Made by a program: the position numbers and the translations under genes. Below, piece by piece: positions 20,201-32,200 of a DNA stretch of 64,000 nucleotides. The stretch is from Candidatus Vicinibacter affinis (lineage in GTDB: Bacteria > Bacteroidota > Bacteroidia > Chitinophagales > Saprospiraceae). The stretch's first letter is position 1. Every line of letters starts with the position of its first letter. The notes beneath the pieces are model-generated. The model did no database searches. It had not been told where the DNA came from and saw only the letters and a program-made list of their open reading frames with translations. The stretch spans positions 531,109 to 595,108 of the forward strand of contig JADJNH010000007.1 in the NCBI GenBank assembly GCA_016714365.1. Reading direction: 5' to 3'.

Positions 20201-23200
20201 CTGCCTGGGTACAATTCATGTGGAAGAATCTGCTGGCTGGAACGTCAACACCGGAACCGATGTGGAAGGTCGCTACCTGACCAGGAGCAAGGAAATGCAT
20301 TGGCATCAAAGCGAAGGCTGGAGGAAGGGTATAATTACAGATTGATCCTGCAGGCCCGACTATCTCAATACTCAAGCAAGTGAGGTCAATTATTCCACCA
20401 CCATAGTTTCCAATCTCGAGGTAATCTCCATCCACCAAATCAGTGGTGATGAATCCCGGTACCGGATTTGTTCTTCCAATTGTAATCGTTCCACCGGCTA
20501 TAGGTGTACCCAATTGTTGTGTCACTTCCGTGATTTTCAACAATGGCTGATCTGTAACACAATAAGTAATGGTATCTACCCCAACAGGGAAGAAACTTCC
20601 TGCTGCAGAGTTAAATCCTGACTTTATCACTGTTCCAGTACTGTCAGTAATGGTATAACTCACCAAAGTGTTTGGACAGTTGTCTTTAATTCCGGTAGGA
20701 TCAATACCATCTGCAGAAGTAAGGGTACGACCGCATGAATCCAAAGCAGCATCAAAAGTTTTGGCTGATGGACAAGTAATGGAAGGAAGGTCCCAGAAAT
20801 CGTTTACCACGATCTTAAGGGTACAGGTATCCTTATTTCCGCAAGGGTCTGCAGCTTCAAAAACAAGAACAGTAGTTCCGACAGGGAATCTGCTACCTGA
20901 TTTCAGGCCGGTCTTGTCAATTTGTCTTACAGTTGGGGTACTACAATTGTCAAAAGCCGCCATTGGTGAGAAATTCACATAAGCATCGCAATGGAAGGTT
21001 TCTGCTGCCACGACAATTGGAGGTCTTGGACAATTGAAGAATACTGGTTTTGTAGTATCTGTTGTACCAATACGCAAAGTTCTGGTGGAGAAATTACCAC
21101 AATCATCCGTTGCTGTGAAAGTCACATCCTGGAATCTGGTATCCCCGCAACCGCGAACCCATCGATTATCACTGAAATTATGTCTCCAGGTGATGTTGTC
21201 ACTACACATATCAGTTGCAGACAATCCACCAAGAGTATCCAGCCATGCGGTAATTTCATCGTCATTACCTGCACCGGATTGATCACATTCTGTAAGTTTA
21301 TTGTATCCACCGGTAATTACTGGTGGTGTGATGTCGCGAATATGGAAAGTTGCTTCCCTGAAGCTTGTATTTCCGGAACAATCCGTTGCGGTAAACCGGT
21401 AGATCACGCTGTCTGTATTACTGCATCGGTCATACTCACGGATGAGGTCATGCTCGTATCTGACAGTTCCATTACAAGGATCGTCAAGTACAATTCCTCT
21501 TCCATTTGCTGCCAACCAAGCGTTCAATTGTGCAATATTTCCTTTACTGTCGCAATCCACCACCTCATTGGCTGGATTTACTAACCATACCGGAGGAGTC
21601 GTATCGCGTACAATGAATCTTGCAATGGTTCCCAAAGAGATGTTTCCGCAAGAATCCAAAGCATTAAACATGTAGGTAAGAATTCTATTCTGACCACAGG
21701 TTACCTGCGTACGCATCAAAGTAGTATCCCAGGCAAAAATACCATCGGTGAGGCTGTTGATATCCGTTTGCAGCGGCAAGGTGTTCAAACGATCCAGAAT
21801 ATTCCATTTCAGATTTCTTGCATTCGGTTGTGGGCTGTGGAAACCTGAAGCGGTCATACCTCCAAACATCACCACCCCACTTCCCCAAAGGGATTGAGCA
21901 AGTATCGGTCTGTTGGCACCACCATTCTCACGAATCATGACACTCATGGATGGAGGTCCTACTATGGAATGTCCAAACAAACCACCGGTGTAATTTACTC
22001 CGGTTGGAAGGTAAGGGCCAGACACAATTGGTCCGGAAGCATTGACACTTCCTACCCAGGTAGAGCCCGGCGTATAAAGAATCTGCACCCCACCAAATCC
22101 AAGATCAATATTGCCACCTTGATTTGGTGCAGAATTCAATAATAATCTTCCTCCGCAAGAAACCCAGGCTTCCATTGCTGCCCTGTTGGCATTTACAAAA
22201 GTGTTGAATGCATTGGCAGAAGCATCACTTCCATCTATGTATATAAATCTATAATTTCTGGAGAAGATGGTAGAAGCAGGGGTGCCAAAATTCAATTGAT
22301 CCCAGTTTCCAGCTCCAAATACCTGATTCATGGATGTTGTGTAATCATTGTAAGATGGTCCACCTCCCCATGGGAAAGATGGATCTGTTACCAACGCAGC
22401 TCGTGCCCCGGTCAAAGGACCACAGGATACGCCACTGCATAAATCGATTGCTTTGGCACCTCCATGATTGGCGATCCAAGAAGCAAAATCATTTACATTG
22501 CCAGTTCCATCACACTCTACGACAGTATCCTTTGCAGGTGAAGCGATTTCCGGAGGAGTTCTATCCACAACTGTAACTGTTGCAACTGCAGAAACACTGT
22601 TGCCACAGAAATCTCTGGCTGTGAAGGTTACGGTAGCAGATCCGGTTGTACGGGTACAACCATTGGATAGACCTGTATAATTATTTGAATAGAAAATTTC
22701 TGTTGAGCATGAATCTGTAGCAATACCATCTCCATTTTTCAACAACCATGCTGAAATCTGAGCGTAAGGATCATTGGTGCCATCACATTCAATAGTCAAG
22801 TTAACCGGTCGCACATTCCATACAGGATTGTTGTTGTCGATCAGGAATACTCTAAAAGTAACCGTACTGAAATTGCCACACTCATCTGTTGCAGTAAATA
22901 CAATTGGTGTACCTGTTGGATTGTTGCATTCCAGTCGGAGGCTATTACGGTTAAAGTTATTGGTCCATCTTACTCGTGAACATGCATCCGTTGCAGAAGC
23001 CCCGGCATTGGTATTTAACCAACCGTCTAACTGACCGTATGTTGTAGGTACTCCACAATTGATGGTAAGATCTGCACCGCCTGTGATAGCAGGGGCTATT
23101 CTATCCAAAATAGTGAAGGTGTCATAAGCAGTTGCAGTGTTTCCACAAGAATCGCGTGCGGTGAATTCGAAAATATATTTACCGGTGTATTGGCTACAGC

Positions 23201-26200
23201 CGGATCTTCTGTCAAACACCAGCCAAGTCAGACTTCCTCCGGCACAATTGTCCGTAAACCTCGCTGTATTAGCCCAGGCCGTCATTCTTGCTGTTTGTGG
23301 AGTACCATCGCATTCTACTGTCAAAGGTCCAGGGGTAATTACCACCGGCGGAGTAAGGTCAGTTCGAATGGTTCTACTACAAGTATTGGTACAACCATTT
23401 GGAGTAGAACGGGTATAAGTCACCACGAAAATTCCACAAACTCTTGGAGTAAAGACAGCTGTTCCATTGGCATTCCTCACCAATGTTGCCCTTCCGCCAA
23501 CTGTGTCTGCGGATGTCCAGATACCATCATTTGGTGTGGCAAGTGGAGTCAAGGTAATAGGCGTACCCACACAAACAGAATCTGCACTTGCAGTAAAACA
23601 AGATATCAATGGAGTTCCAGATTCAATTTTTATCTGATGGCATTTAACTGCTTCACAGAAGCTGCCTGCAGGATTGGTTCCGCAAGATGCATAAGTGATT
23701 CTTTCTGTGAGACATATTTCAAAAGTTGAAGGTGTTACCGGAGGAGTTGGTCCTATGGTAACAACACCAGTTGCAGCATTAATTGTAACTCCGGCCGGAG
23801 CAGCAGGAACCAAAGACCAGGTTCTGGTCAGTGTTCCATTGTTACCCCAAGTGTCAGAATTCAGGAACGGAGTGATTGTAACAGTAGCCAAAGGCTCCCA
23901 GCATACAGCATCCTGAGCATCAAAATTAGGCTGAGGTTCTTCTGTCAGCAATACAAAAGCGGTATCAGATTTAGGGCCGCAAGCTCCGGTTGCACCCGGA
24001 TAAGAAGCAGGCACCGTGTACACAACCTGATGACAACCAGGCATAGCTGACATGGTCTCATTTCGGATGATGAAGGCAGGTCCTGTCAAATGGGTCCAGG
24101 TTCCTCCCCTGGTGGTAGAATCCAGATATAATTCAGAAAGATCGAAGTCCGTAAACGGATTAGGAGATCCAGCACTGAAATCATAGCATCCTCTAACCAC
24201 ATCAGGGCCGATATTTGGTATCAAACCACGTTTTACTTCAACATTTCGGGTAAAAGTAGCACTGCAACCATCAGGTGAATTAACTGTATAGGTAACTGCG
24301 TGTATTCCTACTCCGGCAATTGCAGGGCAGAATTCATACTGTGGATGGCCTACACCCGGAACAGGTCTTACACCTCTTCCTGTAAACACACCACCTGTTG
24401 TTCCAAGAACAAGGGCATCCAAATCCTGACATGGCATGTCAATACACAATGGACCTAATGGTCCCCATTCCGGATTGTTAACCGTAACACTGTTTACTAC
24501 CCGAATCACTTCGCATACCTCTGCACGGCAAGTAGTACTCAAGCCACAAGCTGTGGTGGTTATCACTTCTTCCATACAGATGGAAGCTGTTCCATTGCCA
24601 ACTACAGTTATAATTCCTGTAATTGTATTAATGGTCACAACAGAAGTATTGGTGCTTCTATAGTTTCTTACAACCGAGCCGCTGTATGAAGGACTGGTTA
24701 TAAAGTTGTTGATGTCATAAGTGACGGATCCGGCCAATTGATTCCAACAGATTGCATCCGGCAAATCAAAGGAAGGATTTGGCATTTCGCCAACGTGTAC
24801 AGTAAAGTCCTGTGTGGCCAAACAAGCACCGGTAGCGCCAGGGAATGAACGTACAGTATATCGTACTGTATAACATCCTGGATTTGTAAAGTGCAAAGTA
24901 TTTTCCACAACAGCACCGGTACTGGCAGCAGGACCGCTTACAAATGACCATGTTCCACCGCGTGTCGCTGTAGGACAAAGCAGATCTGTCAGATTATGAC
25001 TTCCCAATGTATATCTTGAAGCCAGTGTAACCCCATTGAAAGGTCCGTATGTATTGGTGTTAGGTCCTTTTGCCTGAGTAGCACACTGTAAAGTATCCCT
25101 TGTATCGGTACAATTAACCATTACCGCAGGATAAACCACGATATTATGAGTTTGTACAGCAGTACAACCTGCCCCATTTTGTACTGTATAAGTTACAGAG
25201 TGAGTTCCAGGGCCTGCAATACCAGGACAAAATTCATATTGTGGATGGCCTACTCCAGGCACAGGTCTTACACCTACTCCCGTGAATACACCATTTGGTG
25301 TACCGGTAACCAGGACATCCAAATCCTGACATGGCTGATCTACACAGAAAGGACCAATCGGGGTCCAAGTAGGAAGGACCTCTGTGTTGGATTGATGGAT
25401 CGTTATTCGCTCACAATGAACTTCAGGACAGCTGATATTTGGCGGTAGAGTTCCACAAGCTGCATAAGTATTTGTTTCTGTAACGCACACTTCGAAAATA
25501 CCTGCTCCTTGAACCGTCAAGGTAGGGGATTGTGCTGTAGCACTGCTTAAAGTTAAAGCAGGTCCCCCTGAAATTACCGAAACGGTCCAATTGAATGATC
25601 TTGTAGCTCCTACTGCAGAATTTTCACCATTGTAGAAGGTTGGAAGCGTAAGGGAGCCGGCAACACCATTCCAACAAGCCTCTTCAGCTACATCAAAATC
25701 AGGTTCTGCTGCTTCAGCCAACAGTAAGAAAATGTCATCACTCATTTGGCCACAAGCACCTACAGCACCCGGGAATGCAGCTGGAACGGTATATCTTAAT
25801 TGATGGCAACCAGGTTCAGCTGAAAGTGTGTAATTTCTAATGGTCCCACCTGTCCCACTAATATAGGACCATGTACCTCCTCTGGTAGTGGTAGGCAATA
25901 ACAATTCTTCTAAATTGAAATCTATAAAAGGTCCTCCAGAGCTCTTGTTGAATACATAACAACCTCTAGCAACATCAGCACTTATTACTGCATTGTTAGC
26001 AGGGAATACCGTAACCAATCTGCTGAAAGATGCAGAACATCCGTCCGGAGAATTTACTGTGTAAGTTACTACATGGGTACCAACGCCGGCTAATGAAGGG
26101 CAGAATTCATATTGAGGGTGTCCTGTTCCAGGCACGGGTCTTACGCCATGTCCTGTGAAAATTCCACCAGGTGTACCGGTTACCAAAGCATCCAGATCCT

Positions 26201-29200
26201 GGCATGCCTGATCAATACACAATGGACCAAGAACAGACCAATTAGGATTAGTTACTGTTGTATTGTTCACAACCCTAATGGCTTCACAAATTTCTGCAGT
26301 ACATGTGGTGCTCACTCCACTGCAAGCAATGGTGGTAATTACTTCTTCCATGCAGATGTATGCTGTACCATTTCCAACTACGGTAATTAAACCGCCAGCT
26401 GATATAGTTACCACTGAAGTATTGGTGCTTCTGTAATTTCTTACCACGGATCCTGTATAAGCAGGGCTGGTGATAAATTGGGTTATATCATAGGTAATAG
26501 AGCCGGCCAATTGATCCCAGCAAACTGCGTCCGGAAGGTCAAATGATGGATTTGGCGCCTCTCCCACATGGATGGTGAAATCCTGTGTAGCTGTACAAGC
26601 TCCCGTTCCGCCAGGGAATGAAGAAACAGTATACCTTACTGTATAACATCCCGGATCAGAATAATGAAGAATTCCATTGGCAACTGTTCCGGCAGTTCCT
26701 GTAGGTCCACTGACATAAGACCAGCTTCCACCCTTAGTTGCGGCAGCACAAAGCAAGCTTCCCAAACCGTGCACATCGTGCGTATATCTTGAACTTAAAG
26801 TTACCCCATTAAAAGGACCATAGTTGTTGTTATTTGGTCCGGTTGCACGAGTGGCACACTGAATGGTATCGCGAGTGTCCAAACAGGCAAGCGTAACCGC
26901 AGGAAAAACTGTAATATTATGAGTCTGAACGGCAGTACATCCTGCACCGTTATTTACGGTATAAGTGACTGCGTGTGTACCCGGGCCGGCAATTGCAGGA
27001 CAGAATTCATATTGTGGGTGACCCACTCCCGGAACAGGTCTAACACCTACTCCTGTAAATACGCCTCCGGAAGTACCTGTAACTAACGCATCCAGGTCCT
27101 GACATCCCTGATCTACACAGAATGGTCCGATGGCGGTCCAAGTGGGTATAACTTCTGTATTGGATTGGTGGATCGTAATACGTTCACAATAGGTTTCAGA
27201 ACAACTGTTTACAGAAAACCCAGGATTATTACATGAGACAAGCGTCTCTGTAAGGCAAATTTCAAATATTCCAGCACCCTGAACCGTAATTGTAGGGTTT
27301 TGGATCGTATTGTTATTGAAAGTTGGTACAGGGCCTGGACCACTAATTAATGTAGCAATCCAATTATATGTATGGCTAGAGGCTCCTCCACCATACGTAT
27401 TTCCATTATAAAGCGGATTTAAACTAACAGACCCAGCTACCCCATTCCAACAAATTTCCTCAGCTACATCGAAGCTAGGTGTTGGTTCTTCTGAAAGGGT
27501 AAGGTTAAGGTCCATAAACATAACACCGCAATCTCCAGTAGCCCCAGGAAATGATGCCGGTACAGTATACCTTAGTACGTGACAACCTGGCTCACCATAA
27601 TAGGTTTCGTTAAACGGTCCGGCTGAATTTGGTCCTGAAATTTTGGTCCAAGTACCTCCTCTTGTCGTACCAGAAAGATAAGTTTGAGTAAGATCGAATT
27701 CAATCATATTGAACCCATTATGAACAATACAACCTGATCTAAAAGGAGTTAGTAGACTGGCATTCTGAGCCGGGTAAACAACCACATTTCTACTGAATGA
27801 AGCTGAACATCCATCAGGGGAATTTATTGTATAGGTCACTACATGAGTCCCTACCCCTGCTAATGCAGGACAGAACTCATATTGCGGGTGTCCAGTTCCA
27901 GGTACAGGTCTGACTCCATGTCCGGTGAAAATTCCACCTGTTGTACCCGTAACTAATGCATCCAGGTCTTGACATGCCTGGTCTATACATAATGGTCCAA
28001 GAACTGACCAATTTGGATTTGCTACTGTAGTATTGTTTACTACTCTGATGACTTCACAAACTTCTTCAAGACAAATAGACAATGTACCAAAACAGGCAAA
28101 TGTGGTAATGATTTCTTGCATGCAAATACTGGTGGTACCATTTCCAACAACGGTGATTACGCCAGAAACAGGAGTCACTGTTGCAACGGCAGGATTGGTA
28201 CTTCTGTAAGATCTTACTACAATACCACTATAAGCAGGGCTGGTAATAAAGTTGCCAGGTATGGTATATTGTACCAATGAAACCTGATCCCAACAGATGG
28301 CATCCGGTAGATCAAAGCTTGGATTTGGCCTTTCCCCAACATGAACTGTGAAGTCCTGTGTTGCGCTACATACACCGTCTAACCCAGGGCCAGACAATAC
28401 AGTATATCTTACGGTATAACATCCCGGATTGGTAAAGTATAATAAATTGCCAGCTACTGCACCTGTATTGGCAGCTGGCGCACTCACCAACGTCCAATTT
28501 CCTCCTTGCGTAGCAGAGGCGCAAAGCATAGAATTTAAAGGATGAGTGCCTAGCGTGTATCTTGAAAACAAGAATACGCCACCATGAGGTCCGTATAAAT
28601 TACTGTTAGGACCTAATGGCATGGTAGCACACTGAAGAGTATCTCTGGTATCTGCACATGCAACAGTTGCCGCAGGATAAACCACAAAACTGTGACATTC
28701 CACCGCAGAACAACCAGCACCATTATTCACAGTATAGCAAATTGTATGCGTACCAGGACCTGCCACTGCTGGGCAGAAACGGTAATTTGGATGTGATGGA
28801 TCCAATTGTACACCATTTCCTGTGAAAACTCCACCCGTATTTCCTGTGATTCTGGCATCCAAATCAATGCAGACATCATCCACACAGAAAGGTCCTGCTG
28901 AAGTCCAGGTAGGAATTACTTCGATGTTGGTTTGATTAACCACAAGGATTTCACAATGCTCGTTGAGACAAGATGTAGGAACAATGTCATCACAGTCATC
29001 GTACTCCAATGTCTCTGTCAAACAGATGCTAAAGGTTCCAGCACCCTGTATAATTACTGTTGGTTCCGCAGAAGAAGGATCACTAAATGTAGGAACAGGT
29101 CCAGCTCCTGAAACTAAATTTGCTGACCAGGAGTAATCAATGTTAGATGTACCGGTTCCAAAAGTCGCACCAGTATAAAGCGTAGGTAAGCTGGCAGATC

Positions 29201-32200
29201 CAGCGATTCCATCCCAACATACCTGTTCAGCAAGATCAAAATCAGTTTGTGGCTCTTCAGTGATCATTAGGAAAACTGTGTCGATCATTTCGGCACAGAC
29301 ACCTGTAGCCCCAGGGAAAGCCGCAGGCACCGTATAAGTCAATTGATGACATCCCGGGCCGGCTTCAAAAGTCTCGTTTAAGATTCTACAACCAAAACCT
29401 GTCAGATCATTCCAATATCCACCTCTTGTGGTTGTTTGCAAATAAAAATCAGCAAGGTTAATGTCTGTCACATATTGTCCACAAATAGCAGAAAGTCTAA
29501 GGTCAAAACAACCTTTCTCCAAGTTTCCAACCAAAGTTGCATCGTTGGCTGCATTTACTCTGATGAGGGTGCAATAGGATTGCTGGCAGGAAGGATCTCC
29601 TGTGGTAGCACATATTAAATAAGTTCCTGCACCAGCAGCACTTGGATTAAAGACAGCTGTAGTACTGTCGCTATTTACTGTTAAACAGGAGCCGCAGGAA
29701 GCGGTCCAGATTACTTCCTGGGTATTGTCTCGGTTGAGTGGATTACCATCCTGAATACTTGGATCAGGCGTAGTCAAAGAAAGATTTATGGCAGCAACAT
29801 CCACACATGTTACTTGTGGAGCCACAAAAGATGGATCACTGGAAGCACTCACTACCATAAATGCCCTGTCTACATCCGTGCAGTTTGCGCCAGTTGTAAG
29901 AGAATAGGTCACTTCAAAGCTACCTTCCCCTGCTAGTGCAGGAGAAAACATTGCAGTACCATCTGTCATACCTATAAGTCCGGTTGTAGCAGGAGAAACA
30001 GACCAAACTCCTGTTTGATCACATTGTGGCAATCTTCCTACCATATTAGTGGTGATGATTACTTTATTGTCACGTGTACAAACTGTTGATGGAACGTTGA
30101 TCTCCACATCCGGTCTTGGACAAATAGTCACGATAATATCATTGTTGATATTGTCCGGATTACAATCCTGAGGGAGTGTATAGGTCACGTTTACATCTCC
30201 GCATCCACCGGTATAAAAGAAACCGTTTGGCAATAAGATACCGGTGATGGCAGGAACTGAAATTGCAGAAAGGCTGGCACTGAAAGTACCACCACCTAAA
30301 GACCCATTGGCTAATAAGGTAGAATATGGTATAAAAGTACCTGGAGTTGCACAAATTTTAAAGTCCTGAACCAAGTCATTTCCGTTATCCGGAATATCAT
30401 TGTTGATAAGAATGTCAATGCAATAGTTCTCTTCGCATCTTGGGTCCCCAACACTGGCACACACTGTGAACAAGCCCGGACCAGGCCATCCGTCACCTTC
30501 AAGGTCTGCCGGTTGGAATGTTCCATTAATACCGGGACCGTCAGTAACCCCTGAACCAGTCCATCTTACATCTGCATCCACTAAAGCATTGCCTGCTTCA
30601 TCCAATCCACTAAGCAGACTTAGAGTAACAGGGAAAGTAGAGGACCCTTCACACAATGGAGAAACCGGGGTAATTCCATTTGGACTTGCCCCATCTTTAT
30701 AAATGGTTACCACTTGATTGTAGACAAAATCAGGACATCCGAACAATGCGCCTGTAGGGTCGTTGATGGTCATTTTAATGGTATAGTTACCGGCTACCAC
30801 ATTGCCCGGATCTATTATTACAGGTGGCAGCGTACTGATCGTCCCTGTTACTGGCGCTCCACCGATCAAAGTGTTACCTGAAGGACCAGAAGTTACTTCA
30901 AAAGTTACCTGATAATCAAAGCAACCATAAAATATTCTATTGGTGTCGTTTATGCTGAATGGTGTAGCATCCTGACACATATCATCCGGAAGATCGAAAG
31001 ATCCTTTAGGACATTCGTTGATGGTAATGGCAATATCGTCAGAGGTTACAACTCCCTGACAATCTGTGATCGTATATCTTAAATTTAAGACAAGACAACC
31101 TCCATCATATTTTGCGATGTGAGAATATCCGGCACCGGTTGGTGGAATGATGTTCACACCCGGAGTTACCGGTCCACCAAGATTTGGAACCTGAGACAAA
31201 ATCGTCCATTCTCCACCCTGAGGTGCATTTTGTAATAAGTAGGATTCAAGATCAATTTGTGCATCCGGACACAGACAAATTCCAAAATTATCCACCAGGA
31301 ATGGCGGAGCATAATCTTGTTCTACCTTGATGGAACGGGTAAGTTCCACATGGCAATTGGCATCGCCAACTGTATAAGTTACGGTATAAACGCCGGGACC
31401 GGTTGGCTCAAAAATGGCAGGGTTACCACCATTACAGCGATTGTCCGGTGGAGCCGGGCTCACGAAATCTCCTGACCAATAACCGCAATCCTGTGCAGTA
31501 GCTAAATCCAGGTAATCGCATAAGTTTAATGGTAGATCAGACATACATACTGTTCCGGGGTTGGTCCATGCAGCGTCAAGTGGATTCACTTGAATCAAAA
31601 CCTGACAGTTGCCTAAAACGCCACTTACATTTCCCGAACAGTCTTCTCCCCAAATTGGAATATCCTGAAGTCCTAGTTGGCCACAGCCAAATGAGGCTGC
31701 ATCATTTCTTTCCATTGGGAACCCATCGCAATTGTCGTTTACAGTAGCTATACCGTTGAACCAATCTTGTGGTATGGTAACAGTAGAATATATACAAGTA
31801 TTTGGATCTATGGATAAATAGAAAACAGGAGCCGGCAATGGGCAGTCAAGCAATAAATCCGGTGCCGTAACATCCTGAAATCTTAATAAGTTGTCGCAAT
31901 TAAACAATACCGGCCCGCCATTAGGGTTGCCATTGCAATCTATAAATGAAAATTGAACATCCACCTCGTCATTTGGGAAAAGTGGATTGCAAATGATATT
32001 TCCTGCAAATACAGGAACGTTACCACCAGGAATCACAGGAGTGCCTGGTGCAAATAATTCGGTTTCATAACTTCCATTCCCATCTAAGTCAGCGTACATT
32101 CCAATCTGGGATGGATCTATTATGGAACAATTGTCACTAAAAATACTGGCGTCTCGGATGTCAGGAACGTTTGCAGAACAGGCTACATCAACCGGTAATA

